In this document: positions 37,118-51,250 of the stretch, one piece after another | Layout: each line of letters opens with the position of its first letter | Position numbering within the stretch: the stretch's first letter is position 1 | Source of the DNA: Cycas panzhihuaensis | Lineage: Eukaryota; Plantae; Cycadophyta | Assembly: GCA_023213395.1 (NCBI GenBank) | Contig: CM041465.1 | Span: forward strand, 168,585,741-168,649,740 | DNA: 64,000 nucleotides | Reading direction: 5' to 3' | Notes under the pieces: model-generated | The model's database searches: none | Seen by the model: the letters and a program-made list of their open reading frames with translations, nothing else | What the model was told of the DNA's origin: nothing | Position numbers and translations under genes: made by a program

Positions 37118-37761
37118 TGTTGGATATTGTGACAACAATATTTTGGGGCTAAAATTTTGGCATGTTTTCGGCGCGGTTTCCCCCTAATCTTTCTCGGGGG
37201 GTTCCAAGGGGGGCAGGAGCCCCCCTTGGCTAGGGGGTATGGGGGATGTGGAATGCCCCCCGCTAAGAGGGGGTTTGGGGGTGATAGCCCCCGACCCAAA
37301 AAATTAGCCCTGTAAACCTTATTAAATTGTAAAGAGAATCAGGGTTGTTTGATACAAATACCTTAGATTCTACGGCTGAGATTTATGCCTTAGATATTCC
37401 TCTCATGTAGCCCATTTTAGGGATTTTCTTATTATATTGTAATATAATGTAATGTACTGTGAAGAGGGCAGTGGCTGGTTGTTGTTCCAGAGAGCATTCT
37501 ACTACTGAGATGTACTATTTCTCCATTCTAAAGCAATAAATATTGATACCTTTCCTATGTGGATGTTTTCCTAGTACACTGCTAGGGTTTTACCACATTA
37601 TATTAGGTGCATATGTGATGTTTAGCTTGTATATTAATGTTATTGTATTATCTCTATTTTCAGAACTTGCTGTTTAAATCTTAGTTTTAATTCCTATAAC
37701 TAGTTGTAAAATAGTTCAGATCTTATGGTGGTTTAAGGTTTACGGCCTTGTAATTTCAACA
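37118..37761 (+). repeat. 5' LTR of copia C
   Basis: TGTTGG...TTCAACA, 644 bp. Confidence 0.95.
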
Positions 37762-37831
37762 AGTGGTATCAGAGACACATTTATTTTTTAACGAGTTTGT
37801 AAAGGTCTTGGTGTTGGCTTTTCTACACCAA

Positions 37832-40800
37832 ATGGTGAAACTAGTAGGTGCAAAGTTTGAGGTGAGAAATTCAATGGCAAGAATAACTTCGAGTTGTGGA
37901 AGCTGAAAGTGCATGATATTCTTATACAGCAGGGTTTGTACAAAGGCCTTGCATACAAATCAAAGAAACCCATACGGATGGACGATGATGATTAGGATGA
38001 CTTAGACAATAAGGTACTTAGTACAATATGACTGTGCTTGGCAGATGAAGTCTTGTTTAACATCACAGGGGAAGAGAAAACAGTAGGATTATGGACCCAG
38101 TTGGAAGGCATGTATATGAACAAATCAGTAATGAATCGAATCTACTTGAAGAGACAACTGTACTCATTACGAATGATGGAAGGTATAAAAATTGTTGACC
38201 ATTTAAATATTTTTAATACTCTTATTTGTTAGTTGACTAGTATCAATGTTAAAATTGAGGATGAGGACAAGGTTATTACCTTATTATGGCCATTACCCAA
38301 ATCCTGGGATAATATTATCATCTCAATTAGTTTTAGCACTACAAATGTATTGGATTATTATTCTATTGTGAGTGCTTTGCTAATGGAAGAAGTGCAAAGG
38401 AAATCTAGTTTTAAAACCTCCACACCAGAAGCCATGACAGTAAGAGGTAGAATGTTTGAGAGAGGACAAAACTCTAGGGATACATCAAGATCCAAGTCAA
38501 AGAGCAAAAAGAGTAAGCTCAGGTGCTGGCATTGTAATAAGATCGGTCACCTCAAGAAGGATTGTTACAAATGGAAGGAGTTCTAGAAAAAGGAAGATCC
38601 TGCCAAGGAGGCGAATCAAGTGGAGTCAAATCAAGGTATGGATGATGATGTCTTGGTTGCTTGTAATGTTTCTCATTATCACCATGACTGGTTATTAGAT
38701 TTAGATGCTTCGCACCACATGTGTCCACACAAGAGTTGGTTCTCATCATACCAACCTGTTGATGGTGGTGATGTGCTTATGGGAAATGAAGTTTCTTGTA
38801 AGATAGTGGGCATTGGTAGCATCAGAATTAAGATGTTCGATGGGGTAGTCAGAACATTAACTGAGGTTAGACATGTACCTGATTTGAAAAGGAATAAGAT
38901 TTCCTTGGGTGAATTAGATTCAAGTGGTTTTAAGCATATAGGTCATGAAGGAGTCTTAAAGGTGTCAAAGGGTGCCTTGGTTGTTATGAAAGCCTTAAAG
39001 AAAGGAAATCTTTATATTTTAGTGGGAAGTATAGATGTCAGCCAAGCAACGACAGCATCAAAGACTGTAGAAGATCCAGCTCAATTATAGCATTAGAGAC
39101 TTAGGCACATGAGTGAGAGAGGACTTAAGGTGCCGATAAACCATAAGTTGCTTCCTAACTTGCAGCTTTTAGATTTGACTTTCTGTAAACATTATATTTT
39201 TAGAAAGCAATGTAGACTCAAGTTTAAAGTAGGGAGTCACACTAGTAAAGGCGTTCTAGATTACATACATTCAGATGTATGGGGACCATCCCCTAAAATA
39301 TCATGTGGAGGATCATTGTATTATGTCACATTTATAGATGATTACTCTAGAAAGGTATGGGTCTATTTTTTGAAAAGGAAATCTGAAGTTTTCAGTGTGT
39401 TTAAGTAATTCAAGGCTCTAGTTGAGAATAGTACTGGTAAGTCAATCAAATGTTTAAGAACTGACAATGGAGATGAGTTCAACTCCTTGGAGTTTAAGAA
39501 CTATTACAGAGAAGCTGGGATTGAAAGACACAAGACCACTAGCTATACTCCATAGTAAAATGACATTGCTAAGTGCATGAATAAGACACTCTTAGAAAGA
39601 ACAAGAAGCATACTAAGTAATATAGGAGTGGAGTAGGGCTTATGGGCAGAAGCTGTTCAAGCAGCTTGCTATCTAGTAAACAGGTCACTAACATTTGCAA
39701 TAGATTACAAGATTCCTGAAGAGGTATTGACAGGACATCCATATGATTATTCAAATTTAAAAGTTTTTGGTTGTGATGCTTATGCCTTGACTGACAAAAG
39801 TAAATATTTAAAGTTAGACCCAAAATCGAGGTATATCTTTGTTGGTTATGGTGATAAGGATGGTGTGAAGGGATACAGGTTGTGGGATCCTACTGCCCAC
39901 AAAATCACCATTAATAGAGATGTTGTATTTGATGAATCTCCCCTTCTAAAATCAGACAGTGGAGAAGTTGAAATGGCCCAGGCGAAAGATGAACATCAAT
40001 AGGTCAAGTTTGAAACCCAGCCATTTTTAGAATTAGAAGAGCAGGAAGATATTTTTGAAGATGAATATGCAACATATTTATAAGAGTATGTGGATAGTCC
40101 TTTGCCAACAGTTAGAAGATCTACACGAGTCAGTCATCCACCTAACAGTTACAACCCATCTACTTCTATTACTTTGGTTTTTAATGATGGTGAGCCCACA
40201 TGTTATCAGGAAGCAGTAGATGATATCCATGGTGAGAAGTAGAAAAGGGCTATGTAGGAAGAGATAGATGCTTTGAAGAAAAATAATTCATGGGACTTGG
40301 TAGAACTTCCACATGGCAGGAAGATTATTGGTTACAGGTGGGTTTTAAAAAAGAAAATAGATGTTGATAGAAAGGTTAACAAATATAGGGCAAGATTGGT
40401 GGCTAAAGGCTATGTACAGAAAGCAAGTATTGACTTTCTTGAGATCTTTTCCCCAGTTGTCAAACTTGTTTCAATTCAAGTGCTGTTAGCATTAGTAGCT
40501 TCTCTTGATTTGGAGCTAGAGCAGTTAGATGTAAAAATAACTTTTCTACATGGAGATTTAGATGAAGAGATCTATATGGATCAACCAAAAGGGTTTGTAC
40601 AGGATGGTAGAAAAAGACTTATTTGTAGGATCAAAAAATCATTGTATGGCCTAAAGCAATCACCTAGGAAGTGGTACAAGAAGTTTGATGCCTTCATGGA
40701 GAGCTAAAATTTTAAAAGAAGTGAGTATGATCATTATGTTTACTTTAAATTTATGGATAATGGCTTATTCATTATCTTGGTACTATATATTGATGACATG

Positions 40801-41441
40801 CTAGTTACAAGCAAAAGCATGGAAGAAATCAATAAGCTAAAGGCTCAACTAGCTAGGACTTTTGACATGAAGGATCTAAGAGCTGTAAAATAAATCCTAG
40901 GCATGGAGATACATAGAGACAGGAAAAGTGGTAAGCTATGGTTATGGTAATCAGCTTTGGAGGTACAAGTAATCAGGTTTGTGGATATATTGATTTAGAT
41001 TTTGCAGGAGATTTAGATAAAAGAAGGTCTACTTCAGGTCATGTTTTCACTCTTGCAAATGGTACAGTTAGTTGGATGTCCAAATTATAGAGCACAATTG
41101 CATTATCAACAACAGAAGTTGAATATGTTGTTGTAGCACATGCTTGTAAAGAAGCAATCTGGTTACAGGGTCTATTAGTTGATCTTGGAAGGAGATGGAA
41201 AAATATAAAGGTATTTTGTAATAGTCAAAGTGCCATTTATTTAGCCAAGAATCTGATTTATCATGGTAAAATAAAGCATATTACTCTTAAGTACCATTTT
41301 GTTAGATAGGTTGTGGAAGTAGGTGGAGTGGCACTTGAGAAGATTCACACTAATCAGAATTATGATGATATATTCACAAAACCAGTACCAGTAGAGAAGT
41401 TTAAATGGTGTTTGACTTCTCTTGGCTTGCAAAAAAGATGA
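37832..41441 (+). pseudogene. gag-pol: copia C gag-pol
   Basis: EKFNGKNNFELWKLK, CWHCNKIGHLKKDC (knuckle), WLLDLDASHHM (PR), HSDVWGP...FIDDYSRKVWVY (INT), RARLVAKGY, QLDVKITFLHG, SLYGLKQSPR, YIDDML (RT). Internal deletion near 40945. Confidence 0.95.
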
Positions 41442-41489
41442 TGAAGGGTCCATAAAAGGTATCGGGTAAATTATTATCAAGGTGGAGAT

Positions 41490-42134
41490 TGTTAGATATT
41501 GTGACAATAATATTTTAGGACTAAAATTTTGGTATGTTTTCGGTGTAATTCCCCCCCCAAATCTTTCTCGGGGGGTTCTAAGGGGGGCAGGAGCCCCCCT
41601 TGGCTGGGGGATGTGAGGGGTATGGAACACCCCCCACTAAGAGGGGGTTTAGGGGCAATAGCCCCTGACCTAAAAATTAGCCCTATAAACCTTATTAAAT
41701 TGTAAAGAGAATCAAGGTCATTCAATACAAATACCCTAGATTCTACAGCTAAGATTTATGCCTTGGATGTTCCTCTCATATAGCCCATTTTAGGGCTTCT
41801 CTTATTATGTTGTAATGTAATGTAATGTACTGTGAAGAGGGCAGCAGTTGGTTGTTGTTCTAGAAAGTATTCTGCTACTGAGATGTATTGTTTCTCCATT
41901 TTAAAGCAATAAAGATCAATATCTTTCCTCTGTGGGTGTTTCCCTAGAACACTGTTAGGGTTTTACCACGTTACATCTGATGCATATGTGATGTTTAGCT
42001 TGTATATTGATGTTATTGTATTATCTCTATTTTTAGAACTTGCATGTTAAATCTTAGTTTCAATTCTTATAACTAGTTGCAAAATAGTTCAGATCTTGTG
42101 GCGGTTTAAGGTTTAAGGCCTTGCAATTTCAACA
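41490..42134 (+). repeat. 3' LTR of copia C
   Basis: TGTTAG...TTCAACA, a copy of 37118-37761. Confidence 0.95.
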
Positions 42135-42913
42135 GTAGGAACAAGAAAAGGAACTTGGGCTTTCGATATCCATCCTTCTTCCATGCATTATTAAGGAAAG
42201 TTTCATAGTTCATCCATACTCTTCCTCTTCTTTGCACCCTCTTTCCCCCTTCATTTAATTCCTTTTCTATTGATAAAGATAAAAAAGAGAGAGGGAGAGG
42301 ATAAAAGGAGAGAGAGTGAGAGTATCTTTTGAGTTGCACTTACTTAGCATTGATACTTTATATTATTACACTATCTTTAAGCAAGCCTAAGACACTACCC
42401 AAACCCTTAGTATACTTAGTCCACTTGCTTTGTTTAACCTAAACCCTAGAGGTATTCCTTTAGATGATCTTTAGTAAGATTCACCATTAGTCTTGTCTTT
42501 TTCTTGGATTTCATTTCTGTATACCAAATCCCTTTCACATCTTTCAACTAATTATTTCCCTCTCTTTTCTATAAGTCCCTACCCTATTAGGGCTTGCCTC
42601 TTCTTTTCCCCTTTTTTAGGGAATAAAACTTTGATCCTTCCTCTCCTTCCTTCACCTATTAGGATAGGAGAGTCCTTCCTTAGGCTACTTGGTAAATTAA
42701 GGATGCCCTTGTCGAACTCAAATCTGAGAAGGTACCTGCCAAAAGGGAAAGTCTTGTGTGTTATTTGTGGGTATCTGAACTTGTGTTTGGATGTATAAAT
42801 AGCCTTTGTGGTTGACCTATTCCCTTGCCCTAAAGGACCTTTAAGCCTCTGGCATAGTAATAGTGTAGGCTTAATATCCTTATTTTTAGTGACCCCCCAT
42901 AGGTGTACTTCTA
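42135..42913 (+). repeat. 3' LTR of Tat1, right part
   Basis: Collinear with 21983-22752; ends GTACTTCTA (decayed GTGCTTCCA). Confidence 0.9.
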
Positions 42914-42918
42914 GGTAG

Positions 42919-44470
42919 TAAATTGCATAAGGAGCCAACTAAATGTTTCAAGATTATTTCATCATTCTTAAAGTGATCAAGGTAAAAGATACTTTTTAAA
43001 AGGGATGAATATTAGGAGAATGGATATAAGGATATTCATTCTTATTAATATATTGGGGCACTAGAGAGTCTAGTATGGAAGGAATAATATCAGTAAGGGG
43101 AGATATGGTTTGGAAAGAGAAGGTTTAAATAGGAAAAGTCCAATTGAGTTATGCTAAAAGATTAAATTAAGAACATATGTTTAATTCGGTCAGAATATAT
43201 ATTAGTTAAGGTTCTTCTAATTCAAAAGGCAAAGAATTTTGTAAAGTGGTGATAGTGATCATGTGGATTGGTTTAGCTTCTTTTGGATTTAAATGAAATA
43301 TGAAGTTTGTATTAAAGTAATGCCCAAACCCTAATAAAGCAAAATAGGATGAAGAGTCTCCTTTTTCTTATATGAGCTCAACCATTGGAACATATTTTTG
43401 TATGGGTTTACTTTTATATTTAATAATTTTAAGTTTTCCCTCATAGATAAATTTAGGATCACTAAATAGTGACAAACAAACTATAAACATTTGGTCGATT
43501 TATGGTCAACCAAGAAGTATTTTAAACCTAAAATAAAAATCAATAATAGTGACTTTAGCCATAATGGTTTTTCCTTCTAATGTAAGAGGAAGGGGGTTGT
43601 ATGGCCTATCAAGGTTTTTTGGTCTTTATCATAGCCTTGACAAACTTAGTTGATTGGTTCACAAGCTGAGATTTCTAGATCTTCTAGAAGCCATAATGGA
43701 ATGACATTAATAGAAGATCTTTCATCAACTACACACCTTTTGATCTTGGTGTCATCCTTCATTATCTCAATATATAAATGGGTGGTTTCATTATGGTTTC
43801 ACTTTTCTTCATCTTATAAAAGTTTAGGATCAAAGAAAACAATAGGGTTTCTAGGAGAAGTGGGCCTAAGAATCCTTAAGTTATCTAAGAGAAGCTTCCT
43901 TTAATTAGGGTAGCTTTTTAGGAGATCCATAATTAAGATTCTAGTAATTATAGTTTTTAATTCCTCTACAAGTGAAAAGGATTCCTCTTTGGTTAGCTAC
44001 ATAATAGACCTAAAATATATAGGTTTATCAGATAGTTGAGGTGGTGAGTATAAAGACTTATCCTTGGATGGAGTGTTTAAATATTAATGTTTAGTGGAAG
44101 TAGATGCTTTATAGACTTCCACTATGTTAATGGTTTTCTTGGGTTCTTCTCCTTTTGTAGGTGGCTTATTCTAAGGTTTAGCTTTTCTGAAGTTCCATTT
44201 ATTAGGAATAGAACCCTTATCTATTTACTTAGATTTTATGTCTAAGGAATTATAATTGTCATTAAATTAAGCCTTGTCTTTGTCTAGAGATTCTTTCTTA
44301 GTATGGTTAGGTAATGGATCTTTGTGAATTAACTAATCTTGGTTAGAGTTAGAAGTAAGATTTTGATTTACTTTACCACATATTAAGATTATATTGAGTC
44401 TGTTGTATTGTTCACAATTGTGGGTGTCTATTTAGTAATAAATACACTAAAGTATCTTTTTAGGTGAGAG
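42919..44470 (-). pseudogene. gag-pol: Tat0 gag C-terminus, protease and linker
   Basis: *CIYY*IDTHNCEQY knuckle (~44400-44455), CVVDERSSINVIPL protease (~43695-43735), NDEIILKHLVGSL linker. Confidence 0.85.
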
Positions 44471-44883
44471 TGAAAATTTTATTAACAAGATCAAAATATC
44501 AATGTATGCAATTTAGACAAGTAATGAAGGGCAATGAAATATAAATAACAACACAAATAACTAAACAAATTAGTTACAAAAATGGTGCAATGGGCAAATC
44601 AATTACATCATGTAATATTCAAATTAGAAAAGCTTCTACATAAGCAATATAATCCAATGTACATGAGTGGTGAATGGGTCTAATTTATAGACCAATATAT
44701 GATATATTTTGTATTACATTAGCTGATATAATAACATATTTTAATTGGCCTATTATATGACATATGATGGAGCTAACACTTTATTTAATTACATCAAATT
44801 ACAATTAGGGGTCCTCTAACTATGCACATGAATGTAATTTACATCAATTTACAATGTAAGGGGTTATTTTTAATGTTTTAACA
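44471..44883 (-). repeat. 3' LTR of copia B
   Basis: TGAAAATTTTATTAAC...TTTTAACA. Confidence 0.85.
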
Positions 44884-44892
44884 CCCTCCCTT

Positions 44893-47800
44893 AATAACAG
44901 CTTCATTTGATGTGACATTGCAGTAATGCCAGAACCTTTCAAACTTTGGTTTACTAAGTGCTTTGATGAAGATGTTGACCACTTGGTCTTTAGTAAGTCG
45001 ATACACAAGGTCAACTTTTCTATTTTGAATATATTCACAAATGAAATGATCATGGACCTTGGTGTGCTTGGTTCTAGCATGCAAAACTAGATTTTTTATC
45101 ATCTTCAATATACTTTAATTGTCATAATAGAAGGTATTAGCTGAAGTCTATTAAATTCCAAGCTCAATAAGAATCTTTCTAAGCCAAATCAACTCTGTAG
45201 TGGCATGAACAACTACTTTATATTTAGCTTTAATGGAGGGAAGTGTAATATTAGGTTGTTTCTTACAACTCTAGGAGATAACAATTGAACTCATGTCAAA
45301 ATCGTAACTTGATGTTAAATGGCAAGTATCTTGGCAACCTGCTTAGTTTACATCTGTGAATCCTTTAAGGATGGGAGAATCAGCTTGGGTATAATAAAGC
45401 CTAAACTAAAGTGTTTTATGCATATACTTGAGAATTCTGGTAATAGACTTCCATTGAGATATCTTAATATGTGTGGTATACCTAGAGCAGATCCCAATTA
45501 TATAGGAGATATCTAGACAAGTATGAGTGAGGTAAATGAGGCTCCCAACCAACTATTGATATAAACTGGTATGAAAAGGCTTGCCTCATTCATCCAAGTT
45601 GAGCTTGGTTCCTATTTCCATTGGAATTGGTATAGGCTTATAGTCAGTCATTCTAAATCTCTGTAATAATTCATTTAAGAATTTAGATTGTGACAGGAAT
45701 ATATGACCTAGATCTTGCCATACTTCAATGCCAAGGAAATAGTGTAGCAACCCAAGATCTACCATCTTAAAGTTATTTTTGAGTTCAGATTGGAGCCAAG
45801 CTATGTTATTATCATTGTTCCTAGTGATTGCCAAGTTATCCACATAGAGCACTATGATAGAGATATATTGAGTGAAAAAGGCATCAATTTTAGTATATCA
45901 GGTATGTGGTGCTTGTTTCAATCCATAAAGGGCTTTCTTAAACTTACAAACTAGATGTTTTTTACCAAGAACAATGTAGCCATGAGGTTGCTTCAAGAAA
46001 ACCTCTTTAGTGAGTTCTTCATTATGGAAAGCACTCTTCACATCCATTTGGTATATAGGCTAATTAAATTGAGTTGAAGGTGACATAACCAAATGGAATG
46101 TACTCATGTTAGCTACAAGTGTAAAAGTTTCATCAAAATTGATCCCCTCTTATTGTTTAAGACCTATTACAACTAGGTGAGCTTAATGATGCTTAATGGT
46201 GCTATCAACATAAAATTTTATCTTATAAATCCATCGATAATCAATTAGATTCTTTCCTAGTGGTAATTCTACTAGCTCCTATATATCATTCTTTAGGATT
46301 AAGTACATCTCATCATCCATAGTAGCTTTCTATATTTAGTCCTTGACTACCTCCTCAAGCATGGAAGGCTTAGGGGTCTTGAGAACTTGTGTCATCAAGG
46401 AATAATTAGTTGAGTGCCTCATCCTAGACTCTCTCTTAGGAGCAAATGGTAGAGAAGGAGCATCCTTGATTAATTGTTAATACCACTTATAGATCTTTTG
46501 AAGGCTAGTGACATCCACATAAAGATCATCTACAAAGATAGAAGGTATAGCTAATATGGCATCTGAATTTGGAAAAGAATCTTCTAGAACTAAAGAAGGA
46601 TTTGGAGTGTATGAAGAAATAGGTGAAGGTGGCTTAAGAATTAGTACAAGAGGCACTATAGGGATACAAACATATTCATCTGCTATAAACTAAACTTAAA
46701 AAGGGCCTAAATCACTTGTCTCTTCAACAAAAATGACATCCTGAATAGTATATACCTGATCTCTAATTGGGTCATATACTTTATATGCTTTATGTCTAGG
46801 CACATATCTAATAAATATGCACTTAAGGATTTTATCATCAAATTTCTTCCTATTCTCCTTAGGTACATGCTTGTAGGTTATGTAACTAAATATTCTAAGA
46901 TAAGAGACTATAGACTTTTGACTTGACCAAGCCTCCTCGAGAGTGATATCATACTTCTATGGTGCTCCTATTATTAAGGTAGGTAATTGTTGAGATGACC
47001 TTGGCACAAAAATGAGTAGCAAGCCTAGTAGTATTCATCATAACTTTAGCTTTGTTTACTAGAGTTTGGTTTATCTATTTTACAACATTATTTTATTGAG
47101 ATATGTACGAGGTTAGGAATTGATTTTTGATACCAAGCTATTTGCAAAAGTTAATAAACAGATTAGATATATACTTCCCTCTATTATTCTATCTAAGTAT
47201 CTTGATATTCATTCTTATTTCATTTTCTACCCCAACTTTAAACTATCTAAACTTATCAAAGGCTTAAAATTTGTTCCTAAGAAAGTAGACCCATACTTTC
47301 TTGGAATAATCATCAATGAATGTTATGAATTATAGGTTTCCCTTGAGTGAAAGGGTAAACATAGATCCACATATTTTTAAGTGGGCTAGTCCCAAGGGTT
47401 CAGAGCCTCTTCATGTTCTAGTAGAAGGAAATGACTCCCTATGTTGTTTTCCAACTAGGCATGCTTCATAGATACACTTGTTTCTTTTAATTTTTGGGAG
47501 TCCATGCACCATTTGGAGCCTAAATATGAGATTTAGACAGTGCATGTTAAGGTGGCTAAGGCATTGATGCCATAACTGGTCCTTAGTGTATTTGGAGGTG
47601 ATTATCTCTATAATGTGTGAACATTCATATTATTCTTATATAGGAGGAGGTTCTTCCATAACAACTTCTTTTCCTTTATCAACCTGAGTGTTGTGGGTAG
47701 TGGCATAGGATTCTGGTGAGGTATTAGTAGTAAGGGACATACCATCAAGTTTGTAGAGGCCATTATCCTCATATCTTATTGCAACAAGTTATCTAGTAGC

Positions 47801-49260
47801 ATGGTCTGTTAGATGCCTTCACTAAAAAGCACATCAAAGTTTTTCTTGTTAATTTGGCTTATAGATAATAAGTTTAACTTCATGCTTAGAACTAGAAAGA
47901 TGTTATTTATATGATATTAGATTCCATAATCCTTTAATATAATAGGATCTCTTCTAACCTTAGTCACATCATAAGTGAGATTGTCTCCAAATGTGATGGT
48001 TTAAGCTTGGATTTGATAAGTCTCATCTAGCAAATATTTAGTACCAATCATGTGATATGTAGCACTAAAATCAATCAACTAGGATTTTTCATTATATTAG
48101 GGTTATAAAGCAATAAAAAATAGATTATGTGTGATGTAGTCTTATGTTTCAATAACATTGCCTCCTTGCTACATATTTTTGTTGTTTCTTTGATTCTTGG
48201 GTTGATTTCTAAACATATCAGATTGTCCTTGGTTTTAGTATTATCTTTGATTTCTATTTTACTGATAGGGTTGGCCACCTTGTAGGAAGTATTGGACTCC
48301 TTTCTAAAAACTTAGTCCTCCCTATGGAAAGTTAGGGCCTCCTTCTTAAAATCTAGGCCCACATGACTGCCCCCCTTAGTTTTCAAATATTTAGAAGTCT
48401 ACTAATCTCCTTCTACAGTCAACAACAAGGTGCATTTTTTCCCCGCATTCCATCTATGTTATTGATTCTTTAATGGTTGAGATTATGGTGTCTTATAAGG
48501 ATATTGAGGTTATCAAGGCAACTCTAAGATGCTCAAAGAGCCAATCCATTAAGCAAGAGGTTAGTGAGGTGGTGGTTACTAATAGGGCTAATTGTATAGT
48601 TGATTCTAATCTACATTCCTAACTACTAATGTAGAGGTAAAATCAGAAGTTGTTTCTATACCTTGATTATAGAGAATTCCTTTCTCTTTTAGAAAAGGTC
48701 CTTTAGAGTGTTGAAATCCATCTTGGTAAAGGTATCATAGAGGTTAGTAACAAAGCTATTAAACTCCATGGGAAGGATATTAAGAATAGAGGTACTAGGT
48801 CATGGTCTAAAGGATGTGTACCAAGGTTGATAAGTTCATTTTGGATGCCTTTGATTTTAGTTAAATAAGAGGAAATTATACTAGGAAAAAGAATGCCAAA
48901 GAGGCATGCTTTGAGAGTAATAGATCTTGAATCATCTTTCCTCTCATAAAGGGAATACAATGTGCTCCATGCTTCATGAGAAGTTTAGGCAATTTCTATA
49001 TTCTGATTGACTCAGTCTTTAATGACTAGATGAAGGAACAATATAGAAATGTTATCCTTCAATTTGAAAGTGGATAAGGCAACTAGATCATGAGCTATCT
49101 TAATTGTAGAGCCATTTGGGTCCTTGGGAGGTATAGGAAGAGGTATGTCCCCATTAACATGTGCCTAATAATTATTCATTATTAGCAGGTTGTTCACTTC
49201 TTTCTTCTAATCTATGAAATCAGTTATTCCACTAAGTTTTATAGTGTTTTATATAAGCAT
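44893..49260 (-). pseudogene. gag-pol: copia B gag-pol
   Basis: IKLSGITDFID* (gag start), ECGEKMHLVVDC (knuckle), KALYGLKQAP, LYVDNL...MVDLGLLHYFLGIEV (RT), HARTKHTKVHDHFI (RH). About 2 kb of 5' UTR at 49261-51238. Confidence 0.88.
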
Positions 49261-51238
49261 TTTGGCTACAATTTTGAGCTATTTTTGGTGTTCTATCTAC
49301 CTAGTTGGACTACTAAACTAGAATGTTATGTTTAAGGGTCTCTAGAAAGCCCTCAGTTACTATTTTGTCTAGTGGTGCCTACCCACAAGTGGAAAAATAA
49401 AGATTTTATATAGTAGTATATGAGCTCTAGGCTCTATATACCTTAGTACATGGACTAGTAAGAAGGTCAAAGAACCCCTTGTTTTATTGGTCCACTTATG
49501 CTAGACTTATACCTAGTGATAGATCTAGTAAAAGGACTATAAATCAAGGTACTCACCTCCTCCAGGTCTAGACTAGTCTCTAAAATCCAAGGTAATGTTT
49601 TCACACTTCAACATACTATTTAGTATACTTTATAGCCAATAGACTTCTCTAATATTTGTAGAATTTGAGAAAAGCCAATGATATGTGCAGAGTTATAACT
49701 TTATGGGTTCTAACCACTCCCTTTGCAAGGCTAGTAAAAGGTTTTATTTATAAATTTATGATTATCTTTTTTAATCTTTCAAGTTAAAATTCTTTTTCAC
49801 ATGTGATCTTATTTAAACAAGAAGGGTTCCTTTTATAAAATGAAAGACAAAGACCTAAAGTAAATGTAATAACTAAAAGAAAGATGAAGGGTTTAGGGTG
49901 ATCTAAAGGCGATTTTATATCTAAGAGGAAATCAACCTCCTTCATCTAAGAATGGCACCTACAACCACAATGCACTTATAAAAGTTAGTAAAAAACTAGA
50001 TAGGATAATAAATCAAGTGTTAATTAGGAGCCTTATAAACTAAAAAATAGGACTTCAATTAGTTAAAAAAGACTTATTATGGCTCAAATAAAAGGGTCTA
50101 CTTTAGTAGCTTATAAACCCTTGAAGATCTACTTAGAAGTACCTAAAACTAGTTCTAAATTGTAGAGATTTAAATAAGGATTTCAACAATTTCAATGGTG
50201 CATAAAACAAACCTCCCATTAAAAAGTTATGCCCAAAATAGTGTAGTGACCTCTATGAAAATGAAATAAAGGGAATTTAGCTTAGGCCTCCTTTTGAAGT
50301 AGCTCTCAGTCACAAACTTAGCTCATGCAACCACTAGTTGAGTGGTTGAGGGGCTAACAAACTTAAAAAAGATTAAAACATCAAATAAACTTATTGAATT
50401 TATAAAAATTATATAAACTAAATTATAATACTTCAATTCTACCCTTTTTTACTATAAAATCCTAATCACACGGGACCCAATGTTACCTAAAATCTTAACC
50501 CCTTTATAGATTTGAGTGCCAACTCAAATCTAATTAAATTTATAAGATACTTTGTAAAAAAAACAATGAAATTTAATCAAAATTTAAGTTGCATGGCTCA
50601 CACATGATTTTTGGGCAAACAAAAGTATGAAATTACAATTAAAATTGCATAAAATCTATTCTAGATTGGTTTGAGACACTATAGGGCTAATCTGAGACTA
50701 ACACAAAAGGAATTTTTGTAAATTTAGAGTTTCTATAGGCCCATATGATGTCATACAGTAAAGAAATGACTGATGGAGTATATGTGAGGGTCGTAGGTCA
50801 CAAATGAGCTAAAAATTAATTAAATCAAGTGGAATCTACTTCCATCTAATGTTAAACCACCTTAGAGGAATGTAGAACAATCCTAGGAGTAGTTTGGAAG
50901 CATATCATAATGCCCACAAGTAGATTTATAACTACAACAAGTTGGTATGAGAGAAAATGAAGGCTAAATGGGATGAAACAATGATAATGACATGTTATTT
51001 TGATGAGTGTGGCTTCAAATAGTAATAAGGAGTCACTTGCATATGGCCAGGCAACTATCAAAAGTGGTGTATATCACAAATGTAGGCTATAGAATGATCA
51101 AATAGCTTAGCACTAGTAGCAATGGCATGAAAATACAAAAACAACAATAAACGTGATGTCGTTTCCATTAAATGAGATCCTATTTTTACTTAATGGAGCA
51201 AAATAACTTGTAATAAAATTGATTTATGCACATAAATA

Positions 51239-51250
51239 GCTCTGATACCA
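51239..51250 (-). promoter_or_regulatory. PBS (tRNA-iMet) of copia B
   Basis: Perfect TGGTATCAGAGC on the minus strand. Confidence 0.9.

Larger units (their letters stand above)
37118..42134 (+). mobile_element. Ty1/copia element C (Tnt1/Tork-like), nested in the Tat1 3' LTR
   Basis: LTRs at 37118-37761 and 41490-42134, PBS TGGTATCAGAG (37764), PPT AAGGTGGAGAT (41479-41489), TSD TTAGG/GTAGG. Confidence 0.95.
19533..42913 (+). mobile_element. Tat-clade Ty3/gypsy element Tat1 (complete; ~18.4 kb without the nested copia; aRH downstream of INT, TatIII-like layout)
   Basis: ~3.2-kb LTRs, tRNA-Arg-like PBS, PPT AAGGGGGCAA, TSD GGTGG (19528-19532) / GGTAG (42914-42918), gag-PR-RT-RH-INT order, extra 3' genes. 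Confidence 0.95.
14833..44470 (-). mobile_element. Tat-clade Ty3/gypsy element Tat0 (split by Tat1 at 19533-42913; cut by copia B at 44471; 5' part outside the window)
   Basis: The pol frame reads across the Tat1 insertion (NDEIILKHLVGSLCNLL|PNHHKLGYAK). PPT TAGGGGGCA precedes a TG at 16161. The left LTR boundary is inferred only from a TGTAAG terminus. Confidence 0.8.

Noticed and set aside
48420-48700. Apparent foreign insert in copia B gag
   Set aside because: It translates as a Gln/Pro-rich gag linker leading to the ECGEKMHLVVDC zinc knuckle, with no TSD or termini.
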